A stretch of DNA of 64,000 bases from Escherichia coli. Its GTDB lineage: Bacteria; Pseudomonadota; Gammaproteobacteria; Enterobacterales; Enterobacteriaceae. Location of the stretch: NCBI RefSeq assembly GCF_003334255.1, contig NZ_QOWU01000001.1. One strand, 5' to 3'. Both the position numbers and the translations under genes were made by a program. Positions 1 to 11,134 of this stretch are shown piece by piece. Every line of letters begins with the position of its first letter. Position 1 is the stretch's first letter. The notes under the pieces are model-generated. The model did not search any database. It worked only from the letters and a program-made list of their open reading frames with translations, and was not told where the DNA came from.

Positions 1-744
1 GAAGTTCCCGGTGCCGCAGAAACTATCCTGCGCCAGCTGGAACATTACGGTCTGCACTGGGACGGCGATGTTCTCTGGCAATCGCAACGTCACGACGCCT
101 ATCGTGAAGCACTCGCCTGGTTACATGAACAAGGACTAAGTTATTACTGCACCTGTACGCGTGCGCGTATTCAAAGCATTGGCGGTATTTACGACGGTCA
201 TTGCCGGGTGTTGCATCATGGACCAGACAACGCCGCAGTGCGTATCCGCCAGCAGCATCCGGTCACGCAATTTACTGACCAGCTGCGCGGCATTATTCAC
301 GCCGACGAAAAACTGGCACGGGAAGATTTTATCATTCATCGCCGTGATGGGTTGTTCGCCTACAACCTGGCTGTTGTGGTTGATGATCATTTCCAGGGCG
401 TTACAGAAATAGTGCGTGGGGCTGATCTGATTGAACCAACAGTAAGGCAAATCTCGCTGTACCAGCTTTTTGGCTGGAAAGTGCCAGATTACATTCATCT
501 GCCGCTGGCGCTTAATCCACAAGGCGCTAAACTTTCCAAGCAGAATCATGCGCCTGCGTTGCCGAAAGGCGATCCACGCCCGGTACTAATCGCGGCACTT
601 CAATTTCTGGGGCAGCAGGCAGAAGCACACTGGCAGGATTTCAGCGTCGAGCAAATCCTTCAGTCAGCCGTCAAAAACTGGCGGCTTACCGCCGTGCCCG
701 AGTCGGCAATTGTAAATTCAACATTCTCAAATGCGTCATGCTGA
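1..744 (+). CDS. gluQ: glutamyl-Q tRNA(Asp) synthetase, 5' end truncated by window edge
   Basis: Frame 1 is open from position 1 to TGA at 742-744; translation matches what I recall of E. coli GluQ (YadB); lies immediately upstream of pcnB as in E. coli. Confidence 0.85.
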   Translation, partial: EVPGAAETILRQLEHYGLHWDGDVLWQSQRHDAYREALAWLHEQGLSYYCTCTRARIQSIGGIYDGHCRVLHHGPDNAAVRIRQQHPVTQFTDQLRGIIHADEKLAREDFIIHRRDGLFAYNLAVVVDDHFQGVTEIVRGADLIEPTVRQISLYQLFGWKVPDYIHLPLALNPQGAKLSKQNHAPALPKGDPRPVLIAALQFLGQQAEAHWQDFSVEQILQSAVKNWRLTAVPESAIVNSTFSNASC

Positions 745-803
745 GCTATGATTAGCCGCTATTTTTTTGTCCTGAATGATGTTTGACACTACCGAGGTGT
801 ACT

Positions 804-2201
804 ATTTTTACCCGAGTCGCTAATTTTTGCCGCAAGGTGCTAAGCCGCGAGGAAAGCGAGGCTGAACAGGCAGTCGCCCGTCCACAGGTGACGGTGATCC
901 CGCGTGAGCAGCATGCTATTTCCCGCAAAGATATCAGTGAAAATGCCCTGAAGGTAATGTACAGGCTCAATAAAGCGGGATACGAAGCCTGGCTGGTTGG
1001 CGGCGGCGTGCGCGACCTGTTACTTGGCAAAAAGCCGAAAGATTTTGACGTAACCACTAACGCCACGCCTGAGCAGGTGCGCAAACTGTTCCGTAACTGC
1101 CGCCTGGTGGGTCGCCGTTTCCGTCTGGCTCATGTAATGTTTGGCCCGGAGATTATCGAAGTTGCGACCTTCCGTGGACACCACGAAGGTAACGTCAGCG
1201 ACCGCACGACCTCCCAACGCGGGCAAAACGGCATGTTGCTGCGCGACAACATTTTCGGCTCCATCGAAGAAGACGCCCAGCGCCGCGATTTCACTATCAA
1301 CAGCCTGTATTACAGCGTAGCGGATTTTACCGTCCGTGATTACGTTGGCGGCATGAAGGATCTGAAGGACGGCGTTATCCGTCTGATTGGTAACCCGGAA
1401 ACGCGCTACCGTGAAGATCCGGTACGTATGCTGCGCGCGGTACGTTTTGCCGCCAAATTGGGTATGCGCATCAGCCCGGAAACCGCAGAACCGATCCCTC
1501 GCCTCGCTACCCTGCTGAACGATATCCCACCGGCACGCCTGTTTGAAGAATCGCTTAAACTGCTACAAGCGGGCTACGGTTACGAAACCTATAAGCTGTT
1601 GTGTGAATATCATCTGTTCCAGCCGCTGTTCCCGACCATTACCCGCTACTTCACGGAAAATGGCGACAGCCCGATGGAGCGGATCATTGAACAGGTGCTG
1701 AAGAATACCGATACGCGTATCCATAACGATATGCGCGTGAACCCGGCGTTCCTGTTTGCCGCCATGTTCTGGTACCCACTGCTGGAGACGGCACAGAAGA
1801 TCGCCCAGGAAAGCGGCCTGACCTATCACGACGCTTTCGCGCTGGCGATGAACGACGTGCTGGACGAAGCCTGCCGTTCACTGGCAATCCCGAAACGTCT
1901 GACGACATTAACCCGCGATATCTGGCAGTTGCAGTTGCGTATGTCCCGTCGTCAGGGTAAACGCGCATGGAAACTGCTGGAGCATCCTAAGTTCCGTGCG
2001 GCTTATGACCTGTTGGCCTTGCGAGCTGAAGTTGAGCGTAACGCTGAACTGCAGCGTCTGGTGAAATGGTGGGGTGAGTTCCAGGTTTCCGCGCCACCAG
2101 ACCAAAAAGGGATGCTCAACGAGCTGGATGAAGAACCGTCACCGCGTCGTCGTACTCGTCGTCCACGCAAACGCGCACCACGTCGTGAGGGTACCGCATG
2201 A
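804..2201 (+). CDS. pcnB: poly(A) polymerase I
   Basis: Translation [22 protein letters not shown]... matches PcnB. The track ORF starts at a TTG at 783, but the recognised N-terminus begins at the ATT codon 804-806, preceded by GAGG at 794-797. Stop TGA at 2199-2201. Confidence 0.9.
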
Positions 2202-2677
2202 CAGTGGCGTATATTGCCATAGGCAGCAATCTGGCCTCTCCGCTGGAGCAGGTCAATGCTGCCCTGAAAGCATTAGGCGATATCCCTGAAAGCCACATTC
2301 TTACCGTTTCTTCGTTTTACCGCACCCCACCGCTGGGGCCGCAAGATCAACCCGATTACTTAAACGCAGCCGTGGCGCTGGAAACCTCTCTTGCACCTGA
2401 AGAGCTACTCAATCACACACAGCGTATTGAATTGCAGCAAGGTCGCGTCCGCAAAGCTGAACGCTGGGGACCACGCACGCTGGATCTCGACATCATGCTG
2501 TTTGGTAATGAAGTGATAAATACTGAACGCCTGACCGTTCCGCACTACGATATGAAGAATCGTGGATTTATGCTGTGGCCGCTGTTTGAAATCGCGCCGG
2601 AGTTGGTGTTTCCTGATGGGGAGATGTTGCGTCAAATCTTACATACAAGAGCATTTGACAAATTAAACAAATGGTAA
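2198..2677 (+). CDS. folK: 2-amino-4-hydroxy-6-hydroxymethyldihydropteridine pyrophosphokinase (HPPK)
   Basis: 159 aa, [19 protein letters not shown]... matches FolK; ATG at 2198 overlaps the pcnB stop (ATGA). Confidence 0.93.
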
Positions 2678-3046
2678 TTTATTTATATTGCGAATATAAA
2701 TATTTTCTGAAAATCATATCTCATCTCTTTCCTTAATTACGATTTTAGTTTAAACATCTCTTTGCGGAAATAATATAACTTCCTATAAATAAATATCAAT
2801 CCCATCTCCATACCCTAACCAATTGCACTTGTGAACTTATTTTTACTTAATTTTGAATTAAGTAAATTTAATTTGTTCAAAAGCTTCTAAAGTGCACAAT
2901 AGGCGACCTAATGAACAATGGTTGTAAATTTGGGTAACAAATATCATTGCTCATTAATATCTAACATTTGTTTCTCCTATTTGTGTCATGAATAGTCATT
3001 CTTCAAACATGTAGTCTGACTAATGGAATTTTATTAAAGGATTTTT

Positions 3047-3631
3047 ATGTCTAAAAAATTAGGTTTTGCCCTGTCTGGTCTTATGCTGGCGATGGTTGCA
3101 GGTACTGCTTCTGCTGATATGGACGGCGGTCAGTTAAATATCAGTGGTCTGGTTGTTGATAACACCTGTGAAACCCGCGTTGACGGCGGTAACAAGGATG
3201 GTCTGATCCTGCTGCAAACCGCAACCGTTGGTGAAATCGATGCTGGCGTACTGAATGACACCGTTGGCGCTAAAGCTAAACCTTTCAGCATCACCGTTGA
3301 CTGCAGCAAAGCAAATCCGAATCCAGGTAGCACGGCTAAAATGACCTTCGGTTCTGTTTTCTTTGGTAACAGCAAAGGGACTTTGAACAACGACATGTCT
3401 ATTAACAACCCATCTGACGGCGTTAATATCGCTCTACACAATATTGATGGTTCCACTATCAAACAGGTTCAAATTAACAACCCTGGCGATGTGTATACTA
3501 AAGCCCTGGATGCAACGACAAAATCTGCTGTTTATGATTTTAAAGCGTCTTACGTTCGTGCCGTCGCAGACCAAACAGCAACTGCTGGTTATGTAAAAAC
3601 TAACACTGCATACACCATTACTTATCAGTAA
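3047..3631 (+). CDS. yadN: fimbrial major subunit-like protein, chaperone-usher family
   Basis: 194 aa with N-terminal signal peptide ([23 protein letters not shown]) and fimbrial subunit-like C-terminus; first gene of the yad fimbrial operon. Confidence 0.85.
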
Positions 3632-3728
3632 GTATTCACCAGTTAAATTGATTGAATGAATATACAGGGAATAATAATTTCTATTTTATATTATTCCCTG
3701 TTTTAATTAACTCTATCAGGGATGGTTT

Positions 3729-4469
3729 ATGTTTTTTAACACCAAACATACAACAGCTTTATGCTTCGTAACCTGTATGGCTTTTAGTTCATCGTCTATT
3801 GCGGACATTGTCATTTCGGGTACTCGCGTAATATATAAAAGCGATCAAAAAAGTGTCAACGTACGTCTGGAAAATAAAGGGAATAACCCGTTGCTTGTCC
3901 AGAGTTGGTTAGATACTGGCGATGACAACGCTGAGCCTGGCAGTATTACAGTCCCTTTTACTGCTACGCCGCCAGTATCGCGTATTGATGCCAAACGTGG
4001 GCAAACAATCAAATTAATGTACACAGCCAGCACCTCACTGCCTAAAGACAGAGAGAGCGTGTTCTGGTTTAACGTACTGGAAGTTCCACCAAAACCAGAT
4101 GCAGAAAAGGTCGCGAATCAAAGCCTGCTGCAACTGGCATTTCGCACACGTATAAAACTTTTCTATCGCCCGGATGGATTGAAGGGAAATCCCTCTGAAG
4201 CCCCGTTAGCCCTGAAGTGGTTCTGGTCAGGTTCAGAAGGTAAGGCGTCATTACGAGTGACCAATCCAACCCCTTACTACGTCTCTTTTAGCAGTGGTGA
4301 TTTAGAAGCTAGCGGTAAACGCTATCCGATTGATGTGAAAATGATTGCACCATTTAGTGATGAGGTCATGAAAGTCAATGGCCTTAATGGCAAAGCGAAT
4401 TCTGCAAAAGTGCATTTTTACGCCATTAATGACTTTGGTGGCGCAATTGAAGGTAATGCCAGGCTGTAA
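3729..4469 (+). CDS. yadV: periplasmic fimbrial chaperone (PapD-like)
   Basis: 246 aa, signal peptide then PapD-family chaperone-like sequence; also known as ecpD in older K-12 annotation. Confidence 0.85.
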   Translation: MFFNTKHTTALCFVTCMAFSSSSIADIVISGTRVIYKSDQKSVNVRLENKGNNPLLVQSWLDTGDDNAEPGSITVPFTATPPVSRIDAKRGQTIKLMYTASTSLPKDRESVFWFNVLEVPPKPDAEKVANQSLLQLAFRTRIKLFYRPDGLKGNPSEAPLALKWFWSGSEGKASLRVTNPTPYYVSFSSGDLEASGKRYPIDVKMIAPFSDEVMKVNGLNGKANSAKVHFYAINDFGGAIEGNARL

Positions 4470-4503
4470 TCAGGCAAGGATATAATTCCGCAGGAAGCAT
4501 AGC

Positions 4504-7101
4504 GTGACTATAGAATATACTAAAAATTATCATCATCTGACCCGTATCGCCACGTTTTGCGCGCTGCTGTATTGCAATACTGCTTTCAGTGCTGAACTCG
4601 TTGAATATGACCATACCTTCCTGATGGGGCAGAATGCATCTAATATTGATCTCAGCCGGTACAGTGAAGGTAACCCCGCTATACCGGGTGTTTACGACGT
4701 CAGTGTTTATGTAAACGACCAACCAATCATTAACCAAAGTATTACATTTGTCGCAATTGAAGGAAAAAAGAACGCCCAGGCTTGTATCACATTAAAGAAT
4801 TTATTGCAGTTTCATATTAATTCTCCCGATATAAATAACGAAAAAGCCGTTCTGCTTGCCAGGGATGAAACGCTCGGCAATTGCCTCAATTTGACGGAAA
4901 TTATCCCTCAGGCTTCTGTTCGTTATGACGTTAACGATCAACGTCTGGATATAGACGTTCCTCAAGCCTGGGTAATGAAAAATTACCAAAACTATGTTGA
5001 TCCATCGTTATGGGAAAACGGCATTAATGCGGCCATGTTGTCATACAACCTCAACGGATATCATAGTGAAACCCCTGGTCGAAAAAATGAAAGCATTTAT
5101 GCTGCATTTAACGGTGGGATGAATTTAGGTGCATGGCGACTGCGTGCCTCGGGCAACTACAACTGGATGACCGATTCTGGCAGTAATTATGATTTTAAGA
5201 ATCGGTATGTTCAGCGTGATATCGCCTCGCTGCGTTCTCAACTCATTCTTGGTGAGTCTTATACGACGGGCGAAACCTTTGATTCCGTCAGTATCCGAGG
5301 CATTCGTTTATACAGTGACAGCCGCATGTTGCCTCCGACTTTAGCCAGCTTTGCGCCTATCATTCATGGCGTTGCCAATACCAACGCCAAAGTCACTATT
5401 ACGCAAGGTGGCTATAAGATTTATGAAACGACGGTGCCGCCAGGCGCTTTCGTCATTGATGATCTGAGTCCGTCAGGGTACGGCAGCGAGCTTATTGTTA
5501 CCATCGAAGAATCCGATGGCTCAAAGCGGACATTCTCGCAACCTTTCTCATCCGTTGTTCAAATGTTACGCCCTGGCGTTGGACGTTGGGATATTAGCGG
5601 CGGTCAGGTCTTAAAAGATGATATTCAGGATGAGCCTAATTTATTTCAAGCAAGCTACTACTACGGCCTGAATAACTATCTGACGGGTTATACCGGTATT
5701 CAGATAACCGATAATAACTATACCGCTGGTTTGTTAGGTCTTGGTCTGAATACTTCAGTTGGTGCATTTTCTTTCGATGTGACTCATTCCAATGTTCGTA
5801 TCCCGGATGATAAAACATACCAGGGGCAAAGTTATCGTGTTTCCTGGAACAAGTTATTCGAAGAAACAAGTACTTCACTGAATATCGCGGCCTATCGCTA
5901 TTCGACACAGAATTACCTTGGTCTTAATGATGCACTAACTCTAATTGATGAAGTGAAACATCCCGAACAAGATCTTGAACCGAAATCCATGCGTAATTAC
6001 TCACGCATGAAAAATCAGGTTACGGTCAGTATTAACCAACCGTTGAAATTTGAGAAAAAAGATTACGGTTCATTTTATCTTTCCGGAAGTTGGTCCGATT
6101 ACTGGGCTTCCGGACAAAATCGTAGCAATTACTCTATTGGCTACAGTAACAGTACATCCTGGGGCAGCTACAGTGTCAGTGCCCAGCGTTCATGGAATGA
6201 AGACGGCGACACTGACGATAGCGTTTATCTTAGTTTCACCATTCCAATTGAAAAATTACTTGGCACTGAACAACGTACTTCAGGTTTCCAGAGTATTGAT
6301 ACTCAAATAAGCAGTGACTTTAAGGGTAATAACCAACTCAACGTTAGCAGCAGTGGCTATAGCGATAACGCTCGCGTCAGTTATAGCGTGAATACTGGCT
6401 ATACGATGAATAAAGCCAGCAAAGATTTGAGTTATGTTGGGGGTTATGCCAGCTATGAGTCACCATTGGGAACGCTGGCAGGTTCAATTTCTGCAAATAG
6501 CGATAACAGCCGTCAAGTTTCTCTCAGCACCGACGGTGGTTTTGTATTGCATAGCGGTGGACTGACTTTCAGTAATGATAGTTTTAGCGACTCCGATACA
6601 CTGGCGGTAGTTCAGGCTCCAGGTGCTCAAGGAGCGCGAATAAATTATGGCAACAGTACTATCGATCGATGGGGTTATGGTGTCACCAGCGCTCTTTCTC
6701 CTTATCATGAAAACCGTATCGCGCTGGATATCAACGATCTTGAGAACGATGTTGAATTAAAAAGTACCAGTGCAGTAGCTGTACCGCGTCAGGGTTCAGT
6801 CGTCTTTGCTGATTTTGAAACCGTGCAAGGGCAATCAGCCATTATGAACATCACACGAAGTGATGGTAAAAATATTCCATTTGCTGCAGATATTTATGAT
6901 GAGCAAGGCAATGTCATTGGTAATGTTGGACAGGGTGGACAAGCATTTGTTCGTGGTATTGAGCAGCAGGGAAATATCAGCATTAAATGGCTCGAACAAA
7001 GTAAACCCGTAAGTTGTCTTGCGCATTATCAACAAAGCCCAGAAGCAGAAAAAATAGCACAATCTATTATTCTGAATGGAATTCGGTGTCAGATTCAGTA
7101 A
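4504..7101 (+). CDS. htrE: outer-membrane fimbrial usher protein
   Basis: 865 aa, GTG start, usher size and domain order, rich in beta-strand Y/G/S/N composition; sits between chaperone and minor subunit genes. Confidence 0.88.
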   Translation: MTIEYTKNYHHLTRIATFCALLYCNTAFSAELVEYDHTFLMGQNASNIDLSRYSEGNPAIPGVYDVSVYVNDQPIINQSITFVAIEGKKNAQACITLKNLLQFHINSPDINNEKAVLLARDETLGNCLNLTEIIPQASVRYDVNDQRLDIDVPQAWVMKNYQNYVDPSLWENGINAAMLSYNLNGYHSETPGRKNESIYAAFNGGMNLGAWRLRASGNYNWMTDSGSNYDFKNRYVQRDIASLRSQLILGESYTTGETFDSVSIRGIRLYSDSRMLPPTLASFAPIIHGVANTNAKVTITQGGYKIYETTVPPGAFVIDDLSPSGYGSELIVTIEESDGSKRTFSQPFSSVVQMLRPGVGRWDISGGQVLKDDIQDEPNLFQASYYYGLNNYLTGYTGIQITDNNYTAGLLGLGLNTSVGAFSFDVTHSNVRIPDDKTYQGQSYRVSWNKLFEETSTSLNIAAYRYSTQNYLGLNDALTLIDEVKHPEQDLEPKSMRNYSRMKNQVTVSINQPLKFEKKDYGSFYLSGSWSDYWASGQNRSNYSIGYSNSTSWGSYSVSAQRSWNEDGDTDDSVYLSFTIPIEKLLGTEQRTSGFQSIDTQISSDFKGNNQLNVSSSGYSDNARVSYSVNTGYTMNKASKDLSYVGGYASYESPLGTLAGSISANSDNSRQVSLSTDGGFVLHSGGLTFSNDSFSDSDTLAVVQAPGAQGARINYGNSTIDRWGYGVTSALSPYHENRIALDINDLENDVELKSTSAVAVPRQGSVVFADFETVQGQSAIMNITRSDGKNIPFAADIYDEQGNVIGNVGQGGQAFVRGIEQQGNISIKWLEQSKPVSCLAHYQQSPEAEKIAQSIILNGIRCQIQ

Positions 7102-7117
7102 CTACAAGGGACGTCAA

Positions 7118-7687
7118 ATGATAAAAACAACGCCACATAAAATAGTGATACTGATGGGAATATTATTATCACCCTCAGTATTTGCAACGGATATTAATGT
7201 AGAGTTTACAGCCACTGTCAAAGCGACAACCTGTAACATCACACTTACTGGTAATAACGTCACGAATGATGGCAATAATAACTACACATTGAGAATCCCT
7301 AAGATGGGTCTGGATAAGATCGCGAATAAAACGACAGAATCTCAGGCTGATTTTAAACTGGTTGCCAGTGGGTGCAGCAGTGGCATCAGTTGGATTGATA
7401 CCACTCTGACCGGAAATGCATCATCAAGCTCACCTAAGCTTATTATACCGCAGTCTGGTGATTCATCTTCGACGACAAGTAATATCGGTATGGGTTTCAA
7501 AAAACGGACTACTGATGATGCCACTTTCCTTAAACCTAACAGTGCGGAAAAGATACGCTGGAGCACAGACGAGATGCAGCCCGATAAGGGTCTTGAAATG
7601 ACCGTTGCGCTACGTGAAACAGATGCAGGGCAAGGCGTACCGGGGAATTTTCGTGCACTGGCGACGTTTAATTTCATCTATCAATAA
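7118..7687 (+). CDS. yadM: fimbrial subunit-like protein
   Basis: Track ORF begins at 7076, but the N-terminus MIKTTPHKIVILMGILLSPSVFA with RBS AAGGGA at 7106-7111 gives start 7118 (189 aa). Confidence 0.8.
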   Translation: MIKTTPHKIVILMGILLSPSVFATDINVEFTATVKATTCNITLTGNNVTNDGNNNYTLRIPKMGLDKIANKTTESQADFKLVASGCSSGISWIDTTLTGNASSSSPKLIIPQSGDSSSTTSNIGMGFKKRTTDDATFLKPNSAEKIRWSTDEMQPDKGLEMTVALRETDAGQGVPGNFRALATFNFIYQ

Positions 7688-7698
7688 GAAGGATAATT

Positions 7699-8304
7699 AT
7701 GATGACATTTAAAAATTTACGTTATGGATTATCCAGCAGTGTCGTTTTGGCTGCCTCATTGTTCAGCGTACTCTCTTATGCGGCAACAGACAGTATTGGA
7801 CTGACCGTTATTACTACTGTAGAAATGGGTACTTGTACCGCTACATTAGTAAATGACTCTGATCAGGACATTTCTGTTGTTGATTTTGGTGATGTATATA
7901 TTTCTGAAATCAATGCCAAGACCAAAGTAAAAACATTCAAACTCAAATTCAAAGACTGTGCGGGTATCCCCAATAAAAAAGCGCAAATAAAATTAACCAA
8001 GCGAGCCACATGCGAGGGAACTGCTAATGACGGTGCGGGGTTTGCAAATGGTTCCACAGCCGCAGATAAAGCAAGTGCTGTCGCCGTTGAAGTCTGGAGC
8101 ACTGTAACTCCGGCAACAGGGAGTGCAACACAATTTAGCTGTGTAACACCAGCATCACAAGAGGTAACAATCTCCACTGCAGCCAATGCGGTCGTTTATT
8201 ATCCGATGAGTGCACGCCTGGTCGTGGAAAAAAATAAAACCGTAAACAATGTCACTGCGGGTAAGTTTTCTGCACCAGCCACATTTACAGTAACCTATAA
8301 CTAA
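7699..8304 (+). CDS. yadL: fimbrial subunit-like protein
   Basis: 201 aa, signal peptide, fimbrial subunit-like; position in operon. Confidence 0.8.
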   Translation: MMTFKNLRYGLSSSVVLAASLFSVLSYAATDSIGLTVITTVEMGTCTATLVNDSDQDISVVDFGDVYISEINAKTKVKTFKLKFKDCAGIPNKKAQIKLTKRATCEGTANDGAGFANGSTAADKASAVAVEVWSTVTPATGSATQFSCVTPASQEVTISTAANAVVYYPMSARLVVEKNKTVNNVTAGKFSAPATFTVTYN

Positions 8305-8330
8305 CAGACTTACAGATTCAGGAACTATAT

Positions 8331-8927
8331 ATGCATCCCACTCAACGTAAGCTGATGAAGAGAATAATTCTGTTTCTGTCATTACTGTTTTGCATCGCCT
8401 GTCCAGCCATTGCTGGACAGGATATTGACCTTGTTGCCAATGTAAAAAACAGCACCTGCAAAAGCGGAATCAGTAACCAGGGTAATATTGATCTTGGCGT
8501 CGTTGGGGTGGGATATTTTTCAGGTAATGTTACTCCTGAAAGTTATCAACCAGGTGGAAAAGAGTTCACTATCACTGTATCCGACTGTGCATTACAGGGA
8601 ACTGGCGATGTGCTAAATCAGTTACATATTGATTTTAGAGCCCTTAGCGGTGTCATGGCTGCTGGCTCTAGGCAAATATTTGCTAATGAAATTTCGTCAG
8701 GAGCAAGTAATGTAGGAGTAGTTATATTTTCTACTCAGGATTCGGCGAATACATTCAATGTTCTTAATGCTTCAGGCGGATCTCGTTCCGTTTATCCAGT
8801 AATGTCGGATGACATGAATGGTTCATCCTGGAAATTTAGCACCCGAATGCAAAAAATCGATCCTGCATTGAGTGTTACATCTGGTCAACTTATGAGCCAT
8901 GTGTTAGTGGATATTTACTACGAATAA
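8331..8927 (+). CDS. yadK: fimbrial subunit-like protein
   Basis: 198 aa, signal peptide, fimbrial subunit-like. Confidence 0.8.
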   Translation: MHPTQRKLMKRIILFLSLLFCIACPAIAGQDIDLVANVKNSTCKSGISNQGNIDLGVVGVGYFSGNVTPESYQPGGKEFTITVSDCALQGTGDVLNQLHIDFRALSGVMAAGSRQIFANEISSGASNVGVVIFSTQDSANTFNVLNASGGSRSVYPVMSDDMNGSSWKFSTRMQKIDPALSVTSGQLMSHVLVDIYYE

Positions 8928-8976
8928 CAAACAAAAACAGCGCAAACCATAACAATAAAGAAACATTGGAGTAAAA

Positions 8977-10215
8977 ATGAAGACTATCTTCAGGTACATT
9001 CTTTTTTTAGCACTGTATTCTTGTTGTAATACAGTCAGTGCATATACAAGTTTTATTGTGGGAAATAATGCAGGAGTTGATAACTATCGAGGCCCCTCCA
9101 CTGCCGCACAGATGACCTTTAATTACACATCAACAGCAAGCAACTTGGTTTTTTATAAACCCACGCAGCTCGGCCCGACTGGGGTAAAAATGTACTGGTC
9201 ATACCTGGATACAGGTACCGGTGGTGGTATTCTTTACTGCAATACATCTGGCAGAGCGAATCCTGGTCCAATAACTATTGAAAATGCCATGGTCTATTCA
9301 GGTAAAGATTATGGCGGACATAAACTATTTAATACATCTGTTCCTGGTCTGTATTACACCATGTTAATATCAAGGGTCTGGTCTGCATACGATACAATAA
9401 CTGACATTCAATCGCCAGGAATCTATATCGGAGATCCTTCCAACCAAGAATTTTTCTTTTCCGTCACAGACAGCGATCTACAAACTAAGGGTTGCAACAA
9501 AGCAGACGACTACGATAAGTTTTGGGCTATTGGTGGTATAGTACACAACATAACTGTTGAATTTTATACAGATACTAATTTCGATCCTACACTTAATCAG
9601 CAAGTCCAGTTATCCAGTTCATCAAATTACCTTTATTCGTTTAAGGCCTACAGTCCTGGTACAAAAGTTGTAGATCACAGCAACCACATTTATGTCAATT
9701 TCACACTGAATAATGTCAAATTAACCTTACCAACATGTTTTACCTCCATACTTACCGGGCCATCAGTCAATGGTTCAACGGTTAGAATGGGAGAATATAG
9801 CTCTGGGACAATTAAAAATGGCGCTTCACCTGTTCCCTTTGATATCTCGCTTCAGAATTGTATTCGTGTGCGTAATATTGAAACAAAACTCGTCACTGGA
9901 AAAGTAGGTACTCAAAACACACAACTGCTTGGTAATACGCTTACTGGAAGCACTGCCGCCAAAGGCGTTGGCGTACTCATTGAAGGTTTAGCAACCAGTA
10001 AAAATCCGCTAATGACATTAAAACCTAATGATACGAATTCTGTTTATATAGATTATGAAACCGAAGATGACACCTCCGATGGGGTTTACCCTAATCAAGG
10101 TAACGGCACATCACAGCCTCTTCATTTCCAGGCAACATTAAAGCAAGACGGGAATATTGCTATCGAACCCGGCGAATTTAAAGCCACCAGTACTTTCCAG
10201 GTAACCTATCCCTGA
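8977..10215 (+). CDS. yadC: fimbrial tip adhesin-like protein
   Basis: 412 aa two-domain protein (putative N-terminal lectin domain plus C-terminal pilin domain) ending the operon; followed by a 12-bp-stem inverted repeat. Confidence 0.8.
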
Positions 10216-10219
10216 TAAC

Positions 10220-10254
10220 GTAGCAGCACTGTCACCTTCTGGCAGTGCTGCTAC
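10220..10254 (+). terminator. stem-loop after yadC (possible operon terminator)
   Basis: Perfect 12-bp inverted repeat gtagcagcactg / cagtgctgctac with 11-nt loop, 5 nt after the yadC stop; no strong T-run follows. Confidence 0.4.
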
Positions 10255-10328
10255 GGATAAATCATTGCCCCCACCAATGTGACTGATAAAATGCCAGACA
10301 GCACAACATCAATTTATCAGGATACGTT

Positions 10329-11123
10329 ATGAAACCGACCACCATCTCCTTACTGCAGAAGTACAAACAGGAAAAAAAACGTTTCGCGACCATCACCGCT
10401 TATGACTATAGCTTCGCCAAACTCTTTGCTGATGAAGGGCTTAACGTCATGCTGGTGGGCGATTCGCTGGGCATGACGGTTCAGGGGCACGACTCCACCC
10501 TGCCAGTTACCGTTGCCGATATCGCCTACCACACTGCCGCCGTACGTCGCGGCGCACCAAACTGCCTGCTGCTGGCTGACCTGCCGTTTATGGCGTATGC
10601 CACGCCGGAACAAGCCTTCGAAAACGCCGCAACGGTTATGCGTGCCGGTGCTAACATGGTCAAAATTGAAGGCGGTGAGTGGCTGGTAGAAACCGTACAA
10701 ATGCTGACCGAACGTGCCGTTCCTGTATGTGGTCACTTAGGTTTAACACCACAGTCAGTGAATATTTTCGGTGGCTACAAAGTTCAGGGGCGCGGCGATG
10801 AAGCGGGCGATCAACTGCTCAGCGATGCATTAGCCTTAGAAGCTGCTGGGGCACAGCTGCTGGTGCTGGAATGCGTGCCGGTTGAACTGGCAAAACGTAT
10901 TACCGAAGCACTGGCGAGCCCGGTTATTGGCATTGGCGCAGGCAACGTCACTGACGGGCAGATCCTCGTGATGCACGACGCCTTTGGTATTACCGGCGGT
11001 CACATTCCTAAATTCGCTAAAAATTTCCTCGCCGAAACGGGCGACATCCGCGCGGCTGTGCGGCAGTATATGGCTGAAGTGGAGTCCGGCGTTTATCCGG
11101 GCGAAGAACACAGTTTCCATTAA
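10329..11123 (+). CDS. panB: 3-methyl-2-oxobutanoate hydroxymethyltransferase
   Basis: 264 aa, [57 protein letters not shown]... matches PanB. Confidence 0.95.
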   Translation: MKPTTISLLQKYKQEKKRFATITAYDYSFAKLFADEGLNVMLVGDSLGMTVQGHDSTLPVTVADIAYHTAAVRRGAPNCLLLADLPFMAYATPEQAFENAATVMRAGANMVKIEGGEWLVETVQMLTERAVPVCGHLGLTPQSVNIFGGYKVQGRGDEAGDQLLSDALALEAAGAQLLVLECVPVELAKRITEALASPVIGIGAGNVTDGQILVMHDAFGITGGHIPKFAKNFLAETGDIRAAVRQYMAEVESGVYPGEEHSFH

Positions 11124-11134
11124 GGAGTCACGTT

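Noticed and set aside
783-803. Upstream TTG start for pcnB, and other N-terminally extended track ORFs (hpt 18574, gcd 18687, cueO 22886, yacC 22842, yacL 25590, acnB 28468, lpd 32051, pdhR 37871, ampE 40688, nadC 41243, secM 52378, yadM 7076)
   Set aside because: The six-frame track extends to the most upstream possible start codon; the recognised protein N-termini, signal peptides and RBS positions support the shorter coordinates reported in features.
2678-3046. Possible invertible phase-variation switch (fim-like) upstream of yadN
   Set aside because: The region is AT-rich with short palindromes, but I found no pair of longer inverted repeats flanking a promoter-sized segment, and no site-specific recombinase gene is adjacent; phase variation by inversion is not supported by the sequence.
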